This document shows, one piece after another, positions 19,851 to 29,156 of a stretch of 64,000 bases of DNA. The notes under the pieces are model-generated. The model was not told the DNA's origin and did not search any database. It worked only from the letters and a program-made list of their open reading frames with translations. This stretch comes from Spirochaetia bacterium (GTDB lineage: Bacteria > Spirochaetota > Spirochaetia > CADAEX01): positions 1,504,001 through 1,568,000 of the forward strand of contig OY759746.1 in the NCBI GenBank assembly GCA_963662795.1, written 5' to 3'. Every line of letters starts with the position of its first letter. Position 1 is the first letter of the stretch. The position numbers were made by a program, and so were the translations under genes.

Positions 19851-21247
19851 TACGGCCGGATAAAGCAGTTCCGGTTTTATTACAGCCGGTTATGCTTATG
19901 AGCGTTCTCTATCCCTGGATTTCCTTTCTGTTTAAAGCTGCCGGTATAAGGCCGCCGCATTTAATTGATCTTTTTCTGATATTTACTATTGCCCTGGTAT
20001 TTTTATATACAGGTAAAAGAAAAAACCTCAGAAGGGTTTACAGGCTTCTTCTGTATTCTGCCGGATTAAGTTTTACAGTGTTCTTAATTTTTCCCGGATA
20101 TTTCAGTGTAAATATCCGGGAAGGACTTCCTTCCGGCTTAATGGAATTGTTTTTCCCGGATAAAACCTTTAAAGGGGTAACCGCCGCGTTTTTATTTTAT
20201 CTGTTTACCGGGATAATATGGCGTTCAGTGTACGGTCTTATTAATAAAAAACTGAATAAAGATACGGCAATCATCAGGTTTGACCTCGCCCTTGCCTTTT
20301 TTCTTCTGCTTCTCCTCGTTAAGACTATTTTTGTCTATAAGGGAGCAGCTTTACCGGCGGATAATTCTACAGCAGGCGGATTTGTCCTTTTTATAATCAC
20401 CGGACTGTTTTATCTGGGTTTTGCCGGTATGGATCAGGAGGGAAATAAGCGTTATTCCGGTTACGCTAAAAACGCATTTGTAATATCAGGATTCAGTTTT
20501 TTTATTATTTTTTTTGTTTCCGCCGTATTTTCCTTTTTTTCCCCTGAACTTAAGCAGGCGGCGGAAACTGTATCAACTCTCGCGGGCAGGGCCTCGGTTC
20601 CTGCTGAAAATACTTTCCTCTTTTTTATAAGGTTTTTTATGAACAGCCCTTACAGGCGCAGTATTAGTGTCGAAAGAGAGTCCGAAAGCCCTCCGTCCGT
20701 TTCTGTACCGGTCGAAGCACCAGGATCTTTTAATGAGACTGTTTTTTATATTTTCGCCGGACTTTTGATTCTCTTTTTTGTACTGGCGGCAGCTGCTGTT
20801 TTATATTTGATATTTAAAAAGCTGATTGCCTGGCTGCTTGAAAGGCCATTGGATAAAACAGGAAGAAGGTCCTTTGCCGCGGGCTGTAAAGATATTCTTT
20901 CCCTGATTGCAGATATATTGACGCGGTTTACTGAAAAACTGATATCTGTAATTTCCGGCAGGAGAAAGCTTAACCCTGCAAAGAGATATTACAGAAAACT
21001 TTTGTTATGGGGCAAACTGAAAGGGCAGAGCAATTCCGCATCCGAGACGCCGAGAGAATATGCGCTGCGCCTCGGGATAAAGTATCCCCGGTTAAAAAAT
21101 GAGATAAGTTATATAGTCAATCTGCATGATGAATTTGTCTATGGCAATATACCGCCGGGAAAAGATCAGATAAAAAAGGGCAGGCATTCTTTGAAGAGGA
21201 TAAACAACCTGTTAAAAATGTTCAAATTTAAAAGGGAAGAGTTCTGA
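19847..21247 (+). CDS. Membrane protein with C-terminal DUF4129
   Basis: Multiple TM segments; YYRKLL...SETPREYA...FVYG. Confidence 0.8.
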   Translation: MIRPDKAVPVLLQPVMLMSVLYPWISFLFKAAGIRPPHLIDLFLIFTIALVFLYTGKRKNLRRVYRLLLYSAGLSFTVFLIFPGYFSVNIREGLPSGLMELFFPDKTFKGVTAAFLFYLFTGIIWRSVYGLINKKLNKDTAIIRFDLALAFFLLLLLVKTIFVYKGAALPADNSTAGGFVLFIITGLFYLGFAGMDQEGNKRYSGYAKNAFVISGFSFFIIFFVSAVFSFFSPELKQAAETVSTLAGRASVPAENTFLFFIRFFMNSPYRRSISVERESESPPSVSVPVEAPGSFNETVFYIFAGLLILFFVLAAAAVLYLIFKKLIAWLLERPLDKTGRRSFAAGCKDILSLIADILTRFTEKLISVISGRRKLNPAKRYYRKLLLWGKLKGQSNSASETPREYALRLGIKYPRLKNEISYIVNLHDEFVYGNIPPGKDQIKKGRHSLKRINNLLKMFKFKREEF

Positions 21248-21250
21248 TGC

Positions 21251-21496
21251 CTAAATACGTCCTGAATTGACCCTTGTCCGCAGTTTGACGCCTGCGACAG
21301 AGCATGCTATTTTTACAGAGTCTGTTACATCGGTTTTTGCTGTAACTTCAATCAAACCTTTGACAGGGGAGACTGCGACGCTTTTTACACCCGGAACTGT
21401 TTCAAGTGCGGTTTTCAGAACTTTCCCGTTAGTGCTGTTGAGTGAATCAATCAGATAAAGATAGCTGTTAACTCCAAACATAACTAAATATTGCAT
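21251..21496 (-). CDS. HMA-fold small protein lacking CxxC
   Basis: LKTALETVPGVKSVAVS resembles the HMA core. Confidence 0.6.
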   Translation of the reverse strand: MQYLVMFGVNSYLYLIDSLNSTNGKVLKTALETVPGVKSVAVSPVKGLIEVTAKTDVTDSVKIACSVAGVKLRTRVNSGRI

Positions 21497-21511
21497 AATC
21501 CGTGATTGTTG

Positions 21512-22582
21512 TCAAACCATGCTCTTTCTTATTTCCTCATAACCTGGTTTGATGATATCGTAAATTATTTCAAGCCGTTCATCATAATGAATGAATGCGG
21601 ATTTTATTGCGTTAAGCGTGAGCTTTTCAACATCCTTAAGAGTAAGTGAAAACAGGGAAGAAGCAATCGCGAATTCCTTTGTAAGGGTTGTGTTGCTCAT
21701 AAGCCGGTTGTCTGTACATAGAAAAACCCTGAATCCGTTCCGGTAATAGATGATGAAAGGGTGCTGCTCAAGTGAGACGGCGGCACCGGTATGGATATTT
21801 GATGAAAGGCAGATTTCAAGAGGTATTCTCCTGTCCCTGATAAAATGGGAAAGCGTTCCCATCTTTACCGCTCCGGCGGTAGTAACAGTCATGTCTTCCA
21901 TAAGCCTTGTCGCGTGTCCTATCCTGTGGCTGCCGCAAATCTGCAGTGCCTGCCAGATTGATTCAGTTCCGAAAGCTTCTCCGGCGTGTACGGTTATATT
22001 GAAATTCTTGCTTGTGATATATTTAAAAGCCTCAAGATGCCTTCTCGGAGGATGTCCGAATTCATCTCCCGCGATATCGAATCCGACAACACCTCTCGAC
22101 CTGAAAGAAACCGCAAGCTCTGCAATCTCAAGTGAATCGCTTTTGTCGCGCATGGCGCATAGGATCAGCCCGTACATTATTCCGGTCTCGGCGCTCCCCT
22201 GCTCAAGGCCCGCGAGAACAGATTCAACAATCTCTTCAAGGTTAAGCCCTTTAAGCGTATGAAGCGACGGGGCAAACCTCATTTCAACATAGACTATATT
22301 CTCTTCCGCCCTGTCAATTATTGCTTCCCTTGCCGCTCTTTCCAGCGCTTCCCTGTGCTGCAGGATACTTACCGTAACCGCAAACCCTTCAAGGTATGCC
22401 GAAAGGCTTTTCCTGTCAGCGCCCCTGTGAAACCAGGCTGAGATATCTTCCGGCGTATCTGCCTGCAGCGGGATGCCGTAGCGGGATGCAAGTTCAAGGA
22501 TTGTGAGAGGTCTTAAGCCCCCGTCGAGATGGTCATGAAGCTCAACCTTGGGAACTGCTTTTAAAATTTGCATATCTATCAT
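21512..22582 (-). CDS. add: Adenosine deaminase
   Basis: PKVELHDHLDG, TVHAGE, RIGHA, EICLSSN, CTDN. Confidence 0.95.
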   Translation of the reverse strand: MIDMQILKAVPKVELHDHLDGGLRPLTILELASRYGIPLQADTPEDISAWFHRGADRKSLSAYLEGFAVTVSILQHREALERAAREAIIDRAEENIVYVEMRFAPSLHTLKGLNLEEIVESVLAGLEQGSAETGIMYGLILCAMRDKSDSLEIAELAVSFRSRGVVGFDIAGDEFGHPPRRHLEAFKYITSKNFNITVHAGEAFGTESIWQALQICGSHRIGHATRLMEDMTVTTAGAVKMGTLSHFIRDRRIPLEICLSSNIHTGAAVSLEQHPFIIYYRNGFRVFLCTDNRLMSNTTLTKEFAIASSLFSLTLKDVEKLTLNAIKSAFIHYDERLEIIYDIIKPGYEEIRKSMV

Positions 22583-22642
22583 ATATTAAGGATATCCCTG
22601 CTTTTTAATTATGGCAATTATTATATTTTAAAGGAGCCGGAG

Positions 22643-23524
22643 ATGATATTTGAGATTGACAGAGATACCCGTCTTTATTACAGAATCTGGGAACCCTCCT
22701 GCGGTGATTCTGAAAATGAATCTGCCGGCGGGTCTAAAAATCTGTCCGGGGCAGCTTCGGTAAATGTTATTATAGTGCATGGATACGCCGAACACAGCGG
22801 CAGGTATGAATATACGGGACAATACCTTTCCCGGAAAGGATTCAGGGTTTTTGCTTATGACCATCCCGGCCATGGAAAATCAGCCGGCAGCCGGGGACTC
22901 GTCAGCAGTATTGATGATCTGGTTTCAAAACTTGAATACTTTGTTCAGTTTGTAAAAAAAACTGACAAACACAGCATGCATGGGAAAACATTCATGATCG
23001 GCCACAGTATGGGAGGGGTTATCTCAGCTTTGTTCGCATCCGGATCAGGGTCTGAAATTGACGGACTTATAACAAGCGGCGCTGCTGTTATGCCTCTTCC
23101 TGATCTTAAAGGGCTGCCGCGGAAACTTGCAGAGGAAGCTTCATTCTTTTTTCCGGAATTAAGGACAATTCCGCTTGATCCCGGAAAACTTTCAAGGGAT
23201 GAAAAGGTTGTTAAGGATTACAAAGGCGATTCCTTAAATTATAACGGAAAGGTTAAGCTTAAAACCGCGGTTGAGCTCTCAGGCGCCGGAGAGCGGATTG
23301 AAAAGCTTGCGGAAAAAATAAAAGTCCCCCTGCTAGTCCTGCACGGCTCTGAAGACATGCTTGCAAAGCCTGATGGGAGCAGACTGCTTTTTGAAAAAGC
23401 CTCTTCCGAAGACAAGCAGATCAGAATATTTGAGGGGTTGAGGCATGAAATATTTAATGAACCGGAAAAAGACTTAGTTCTTGAAACAGTGGGGGAATGG
23501 ATTGATTTCAGGTTGTCCCGATAA
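22643..23524 (+). CDS. Alpha/beta hydrolase (lysophospholipase/monoglyceride lipase)
   Basis: HGYAEH, GHSMGG, HGSED, RHEIFNE; start at ATG 22643 after AGGAG. Confidence 0.92.
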   Translation: MIFEIDRDTRLYYRIWEPSCGDSENESAGGSKNLSGAASVNVIIVHGYAEHSGRYEYTGQYLSRKGFRVFAYDHPGHGKSAGSRGLVSSIDDLVSKLEYFVQFVKKTDKHSMHGKTFMIGHSMGGVISALFASGSGSEIDGLITSGAAVMPLPDLKGLPRKLAEEASFFFPELRTIPLDPGKLSRDEKVVKDYKGDSLNYNGKVKLKTAVELSGAGERIEKLAEKIKVPLLVLHGSEDMLAKPDGSRLLFEKASSEDKQIRIFEGLRHEIFNEPEKDLVLETVGEWIDFRLSR

Positions 23525-23578
23525 TGATTATGTGAATAATGCTAGTTGTGGTAAAATTCCGAGAAAAGAGGTGCACCG

Positions 23579-23773
23579 ATGAACTGTGAAAATAAAAGTA
23601 AAAATATGAATAACTGCAACTGCAGTTACTCCGGCTGTCCGAGAATGGGGATTTGCTGTGAGTGTGTTTTATATCACAGGTCGAGAAACGAGCTTCCCGC
23701 CTGTTATTTTCCGGATAACATTGAAAAAACATATGACAGATCGATCAAACGTTTTATTAAGATTTATTCATGA
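23579..23773 (+). CDS. Small Cys-rich protein (DUF6485-like)
   Basis: CNCSY-x2[14 protein letters not shown]...LPACYF; GAGG RBS. Confidence 0.75.
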   Translation: MNCENKSKNMNNCNCSYSGCPRMGICCECVLYHRSRNELPACYFPDNIEKTYDRSIKRFIKIYS

Positions 23774-23785
23774 AAAAAAATCAGC

Positions 23786-24367
23786 ATGACAGATAAAAAA
23801 GAACTTTACAGAATAGTTGATTTCATTTTGAACAAGGCGGATGAGGGAGACCTTGAGGTTGTCGGGGAAGCTCTTAAAAAACGGCTTGCGGCAAGAAGCA
23901 GAAGCCCCGGCGGCATTGATATAAATTATCTTGCCCATTCAATGGGTGAGAATATTTCGAAACAGGTTTCCGCATCAAAGGATCAGCTGAGGGAAACTAT
24001 CACCGGGTTTGTCGCGAGGACCATTAAACAGCAGGTTCCCGATATAAGCGATGAACACCTGGAAATTCTTCTAAAAGAGTGGGTCGCCGACCCGGAAACA
24101 AAAGAGCGGAATACCGGCAAAAGACTTCCGCGTGATGTTGAATTAAAGATGATAGACCAGTTCCTCAGGTTCAGCAGCGGAAAGATGCCTCTTGAAGAGC
24201 AGTCCCGCCTGCGTGAAAGCATTCCCGACTGGCAGCAGGCATACTGGCAGAGGTTTACCCGGAAAATAAGGGGCCTTTTGACATTGTATCTTAAAGGCAG
24301 GATAGACAGCGAAACATGCTGGAGAGAAATACAGAAGGAGCTTTTTGATGAGCAGCAGGAGCAGTAA
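23786..24367 (+). CDS. Hypothetical protein
   Basis: 193-aa ORF in operon context. Confidence 0.7.
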   Translation: MTDKKELYRIVDFILNKADEGDLEVVGEALKKRLAARSRSPGGIDINYLAHSMGENISKQVSASKDQLRETITGFVARTIKQQVPDISDEHLEILLKEWVADPETKERNTGKRLPRDVELKMIDQFLRFSSGKMPLEEQSRLRESIPDWQQAYWQRFTRKIRGLLTLYLKGRIDSETCWREIQKELFDEQQEQ

Positions 24368-25568
24368 AAAGATAAACAGGAAGGAGCTATTCACCCTTGC
24401 CGGAGGCATAGCAGATGAAATTATTGAGATAAGGCATACCCTGCATGCGAATCCAGAGATTATGTTCAAAGAGAGTGAAACAGCATCGCTTATAAGGGAT
24501 TATCTTGACAGACACGGAATAAGGATTCTTAAGCCGTATCTTGAAACTGATACTACAGCTGTAATAAAGGGAAACGGACCCGGACCCGGCAGGACTGTTC
24601 TGCTCCGTGCCGATATTGACGCTCTTAAGCTGGATGAAAAAACTGATATCCCCTGGAAGTCGGTTAAAGATGGCTTTTCCCATTCCTGCGGGCATGACGG
24701 GCACACTGCGATTCTCCTTGGAGCTGCCCGTATTCTTTCAGAACTTACCGGCTCTTTTTCCGGAAACGTAAAGCTTGTTTTCCAGCCTGCAGAAGAAGAA
24801 GGAGGCGGGGGAAAAGTCCTTGTTGAAAAAGGGATCCTTGAGGATGCGCCTTATGTCGATGAAGTATACGCCCTGCACGGCTGGCCTGGCATTGCAGAAG
24901 GGTCATTCGAAAGTGCACCCGGCGCCATGATGGCAGCTGTTGATAATTTTGAAATTGAAGTTTCTGCTAAAGGGGGGCATGCGGCCATGCCTCATCTGGC
25001 ATCTGACGCTGTACTGACTGCTGCGCAGATTGTAACAGCGCTGCAGGGAATTGTTTCAAGGAATACGGATCCGAAAGATGCGGCAGTTCTTTCTGTATGT
25101 ACAATTCACGGCGGAGAGCTTAACAATGTTCTTCCGGATTCTGTAAAAATGAAGGGAACAGTCAGATATTTCAGAAAAGATATGCAGTCATTCTTTAAGG
25201 AAAGGATTACTCAGATCGTAAATGGAGTATGCTCTGCCAATATGACTTCAGGCAGTCTGAAATATATTCCCAATTATATCCCTCTTGTCAACAGCAGTGA
25301 AAAAGTACGGTTTACAGGCGATGTCATAAAAAGCATATTCGGAAAAGAGAATTGGTCGGATTCTGCCGTTCCAACGGCAGGAGGGGAGGATTTCTCCTTT
25401 TACCTTGACAAAAGACCCGGCGCATTCTACAGACTGGGGCTTGGAGTCGATTATCCTTCCCTGCACAACAGCTGTTTTGATTTTAACGACGCTGTTGTTG
25501 CCGGCGGGATTGTTTCGCTGTGCGCAATTGCACTGTGCTCGCTCGGCGTAAAGTTATCTGATTTTTGA
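24345..25568 (+). CDS. M20 family amidohydrolase
   Basis: LRADIDAL, HSCGHDGH, FQPAEE, GEDF. Confidence 0.95.
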   Translation: MMSSRSSKKINRKELFTLAGGIADEIIEIRHTLHANPEIMFKESETASLIRDYLDRHGIRILKPYLETDTTAVIKGNGPGPGRTVLLRADIDALKLDEKTDIPWKSVKDGFSHSCGHDGHTAILLGAARILSELTGSFSGNVKLVFQPAEEEGGGGKVLVEKGILEDAPYVDEVYALHGWPGIAEGSFESAPGAMMAAVDNFEIEVSAKGGHAAMPHLASDAVLTAAQIVTALQGIVSRNTDPKDAAVLSVCTIHGGELNNVLPDSVKMKGTVRYFRKDMQSFFKERITQIVNGVCSANMTSGSLKYIPNYIPLVNSSEKVRFTGDVIKSIFGKENWSDSAVPTAGGEDFSFYLDKRPGAFYRLGLGVDYPSLHNSCFDFNDAVVAGGIVSLCAIALCSLGVKLSDF

Positions 25569-26510
25569 TACAAGCTGTGAAGATTCCGAGATTACCTGAA
25601 GCATTGTTTTAATCATTTCTTCGCTTATAAACGGATTGTTAAGCTCTTCAAGGACAGCGATAAGAGTTCTCTTGGTTACGAGGACCTGTTTTTCAAGTAT
25701 AACCTGTTCGTCAAAGCTGCTGTTTTCAAGCCAGGAAGTTAAAGTTTTAATGAGATTGATTGTTTTTTCCTTTACAAACCGTTTTTGTTCGGTAATTTCA
25801 GGATCTTCCTTCTGTACCGAGATCATGTCTGCTATATCGCTTATTTCAGAAATATCAAAAAATTCCTCAAGGCTTAATACAGGATTCTCAAGGAGGGCTT
25901 TGCCCCCATAAAGAAAAGCGTCACTCATCACGTCAGCAACCATCTGAAGTTTTTTATTTTTTTCAAAAACTGTTTTAAACCCGTTTTCAAGTGTATCAAC
26001 CCATTCTGCCGTATCCATATTTTTTGTATCCGGAATGTGCGTTGAAACTTTGTATATCCCTTTTTCCCAGTCATCAATTTTAAAAACAAGTGCAGTTTTC
26101 TGTATAGCCGGCCTCTGGGTGCCAGACTCAGGCAGTATAAGTGATAAATCATAAACTGTAGCACTAAGTTTATAGGTATTGCCTGCTCCGTTTAAAATTA
26201 TTCCGGAGTTCTCATGTCTGTCATCAATAAGGAGAAAAAGGAAATTTTCTTCCCCGTAAAGAGAATAAAAGGGTTTGAGTATTTCGGGATTTGCAGAAAC
26301 GGTTTTCCGGGAAATGTTCTTTCCGTTCTGATCTGTTATTTTAACGTTCCATGGCCTTACGGCGGGGTTTAGAAACGGGATAAATCTGTGGCCCGGAATA
26401 AAAACCTTATTTGAAATTTCAAGGGGGGAGAGATTAACCGTGAAAGAGCCCCCCTTGAAAAAATCTGTTTTAATACTAAAGTCTGTGCTAAAATTATTTT
26501 TTTCCATCAT
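25554..26510 (-). CDS. Hypothetical protein
   Basis: 318-aa ORF downstream of leuD. Confidence 0.7.
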   Translation of the reverse strand: MMEKNNFSTDFSIKTDFFKGGSFTVNLSPLEISNKVFIPGHRFIPFLNPAVRPWNVKITDQNGKNISRKTVSANPEILKPFYSLYGEENFLFLLIDDRHENSGIILNGAGNTYKLSATVYDLSLILPESGTQRPAIQKTALVFKIDDWEKGIYKVSTHIPDTKNMDTAEWVDTLENGFKTVFEKNKKLQMVADVMSDAFLYGGKALLENPVLSLEEFFDISEISDIADMISVQKEDPEITEQKRFVKEKTINLIKTLTSWLENSSFDEQVILEKQVLVTKRTLIAVLEELNNPFISEEMIKTMLQVISESSQLVSKIR

Positions 26511-26539
26511 ACCCCGCCTGATTTTAATCTTCCATGAAA

Positions 26540-27061
26540 TCAGTATTTCGTATCAGCGTAATTTACCCAGCCTCCGGATGTAACAAGATCTTTGTTAAAT
26601 CCTGATATTTCAAAGCTGCATACTTTATTTATATTATTAGCATAAAACGTGATTGTCTGTTTAGCAAGGTCTGTACTGACTTCGACCCCGGTTTTTGAGC
26701 AGGTCCTGAAAATTTCTTCAATCTCAGCTTCCGGAAGCTCTATGGCAAGCATGCCGCAGTTAAACATGTTCTGCCTGAATATTCTCGCAAAACTTATCCC
26801 GATGACCATATTTATTCCGTTTACTTCAAAAGCCCAGGGGGCGTGTTCTCTTGAAGAGCCGCAACCGAAATTTGATTTTGTTATAACTACATTTTTTCCT
26901 GCAATCATGTCAACAGAAAACCCTTCGAGTTTAAGATCTTCAAGTAAATACGGTTTTAATGCTTTTTTATCAACTTCTGTAAGATATTTAGCCGGAATTA
27001 TCTCATCAGTATTTATATCGCTTCTGTCAATGAAGAGCGCTTTGCCGTTAAAATTTTTCAT
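26540..27061 (-). CDS. leuD: 3-isopropylmalate dehydratase small subunit
   Basis: DINTDEIIP, NFGCGSSREHA, SFARIF. Confidence 0.92.
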   Translation of the reverse strand: MKNFNGKALFIDRSDINTDEIIPAKYLTEVDKKALKPYLLEDLKLEGFSVDMIAGKNVVITKSNFGCGSSREHAPWAFEVNGINMVIGISFARIFRQNMFNCGMLAIELPEAEIEEIFRTCSKTGVEVSTDLAKQTITFYANNINKVCSFEISGFNKDLVTSGGWVNYADTKY

Positions 27062-27065
27062 ATTT

Positions 27066-28361
27066 TTACTGCTCCTTTCCTGTATAGAGGCTGGAATTGG
27101 TTATAAAGCCTTTTACCGCTGCTGTCGCGGCTGAAGCGGGACTCATCAGGTGAACCATCCCCCCTTTTCCCATCCTGCCGTTAAAATTCCTGTTTGTTGT
27201 TGATGCGCACACTTCGCCATCCGCAAGTACTCCGTTGCTCATCCCCAGGCATGCGCCGCAGGTCGGGTTAGTCACACAAAAACCTGCTTCCATGAAGATG
27301 TCAATAATACCCTCTTTCAGTGCCTGCGAGAATATCGCGGGGCTTGCGGGTGAGACGATCGCCCTTACGGAATCGGCAATTTTCCTGCCCTTTAGTACTC
27401 TTGCCGCAATCCGCAGGTCTTCGAGCCTGCCGTTTGTGCAGGAGCCGATATAAATCTGGTCAAGCTTTGTCCCTTCAAGCTCTGCTATAGTTTTAACCTG
27501 GTCCGGTTTGTACCCGAAAGTCGCAAGCGGCTGGAGGTCTGATATGTCATGGACAATAACTTTATCATAGACAGCGTCAGGATCGGATATCCATTTCTTG
27601 TAATCAAGGACCGCGTCATCAATTGTTTTGTAACTGTCCTTTATAAATTCCCAGAGGTATTCTGCCGTAGTTCTGTCCGGATAGCATATCCCTGATGTCC
27701 CGCCTGCCTCTACCGCCATATTGCAGAGAGTCATCCGCTCTTCCATGCTCATTTTATCTATAACCGGGCCTGTAAATTCAATAACCCTGTCTGTCGCGCC
27801 GTTTACGCCGATTTTTTTGATTACAGAAAGAATGATATCCTTGGAGTATACTCCTGATTTAAGTTTCCCCGTTATTTCAATCTTTATTGTTTTGGGACGC
27901 TGGAACGAACAAACTCCTTTTAATATTCCCACTTCAAGATCTGTAGTGCCTACTCCCGCAGCAAAAGAGCCGAATGCCCCGTGTGTACAGGTGTGGGAAT
28001 CTCCCATAATGACAGTATAACCCGGCCTCACAAAACCCTTCTCAGGGAAAATTACGTGGCATACACCGTTTCTTCCTATGTCAAAAAAGTCTTTTATGCC
28101 GTGTCTTCTTGCCCAGTTCCTTAAGATAAGCCCCTGAACTGCTGTTTTTGAATCCTTGGCAGGCGTTACATGATCGATAACCGCCTTTATTTTTGAAGGA
28201 TCAAATACAGTATCCATTCCCCTTTCCCCGAGATCGAGAATGGCAGTGGGAGTTGTGATTTCATGACAGAAAACAGCATCGAGACTGATAACAAAAATAT
28301 CATCTGCCGGCTGATCAATCTTATGCGAATCAAAAATCTTTTCCGCTATTGTTTTTCCCAT
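27066..28361 (-). CDS. leuC: 3-isopropylmalate dehydratase large subunit (short type)
   Basis: DSHTCT, IGSCTN, CGACLG, STTNRNF. Confidence 0.92.
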   Translation of the reverse strand: MGKTIAEKIFDSHKIDQPADDIFVISLDAVFCHEITTPTAILDLGERGMDTVFDPSKIKAVIDHVTPAKDSKTAVQGLILRNWARRHGIKDFFDIGRNGVCHVIFPEKGFVRPGYTVIMGDSHTCTHGAFGSFAAGVGTTDLEVGILKGVCSFQRPKTIKIEITGKLKSGVYSKDIILSVIKKIGVNGATDRVIEFTGPVIDKMSMEERMTLCNMAVEAGGTSGICYPDRTTAEYLWEFIKDSYKTIDDAVLDYKKWISDPDAVYDKVIVHDISDLQPLATFGYKPDQVKTIAELEGTKLDQIYIGSCTNGRLEDLRIAARVLKGRKIADSVRAIVSPASPAIFSQALKEGIIDIFMEAGFCVTNPTCGACLGMSNGVLADGEVCASTTNRNFNGRMGKGGMVHLMSPASAATAAVKGFITNSSLYTGKEQ

Positions 28362-28434
28362 AACTTTACTCCTTTATATTCATTATTGTAAAACGCCGGA
28401 AGTCTTAAAATCCCCGGTTAAATGTATCCATGCA

Positions 28435-29004
28435 TTAAAAAATTCTCGGAGGCGAAAGGACCCATATAGCCCTGAGTGTCTCTTTCCCTGTGTTTTTAAG
28501 AATATGCGGGATGTCTGATGAAAATGAAATGCTGTCGCCCCCGGAAAGGGTGTATTCATCCGTACCGTATGTAAGACTCCCCTGCCCCTCAATAATTATC
28601 CCGATTTCGCTCCCGGGATGGCCGTATTCTATATTGCCTTTTTCCCTGCCGCTTTCTATCTCAAGCCAAACCGCCTCTACCGGCGCAGAACTTTCAGTAC
28701 CCGGGATGGAACAGAGCTGACTGTATGTGCTGCTCTGGGACTTCAGGATGTTTCCTTTGTTTCTTCTCGTGATCATCACTTTCCCCGATTTCTTGTAATC
28801 GCTGAAAAGGTAATCAATATCTATTCCCAGATAATCGGCAACCGAAAGGAGCGTATCAATCGATGGGGAAACCTTGTTTCTTTCAATCTGGCTTACCATG
28901 CTTTCGCTGATGCCCACCGCCTCTGCGACCTGACGCAGGGTTACCTGCCTGCGTTCTCTTATTGTCCTTATTTTCTCACCGAAACTGTATTCCTTCTTAA
29001 TCAA
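28435..29004 (-). CDS. XRE-family HTH regulator with cupin domain
   Basis: SQIERNKVSPS HTH; HPGSE and SDIPH cupin motifs. Confidence 0.92.
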   Translation of the reverse strand: MIKKEYSFGEKIRTIRERRQVTLRQVAEAVGISESMVSQIERNKVSPSIDTLLSVADYLGIDIDYLFSDYKKSGKVMITRRNKGNILKSQSSTYSQLCSIPGTESSAPVEAVWLEIESGREKGNIEYGHPGSEIGIIIEGQGSLTYGTDEYTLSGGDSISFSSDIPHILKNTGKETLRAIWVLSPPRIF

Positions 29005-29156
29005 TAATAAAGCTCCTGAAGTATTTATAAAAATATAAACTGCATTCTATGTTTTTGTCAATAATATTTTTAAAGGCGGTAATTAGTAAATTGACATAAG
29101 GAATAAGTAAAAATAGAATCACACATACATAAATCAGTTTAAAAAGGAATCATTCT

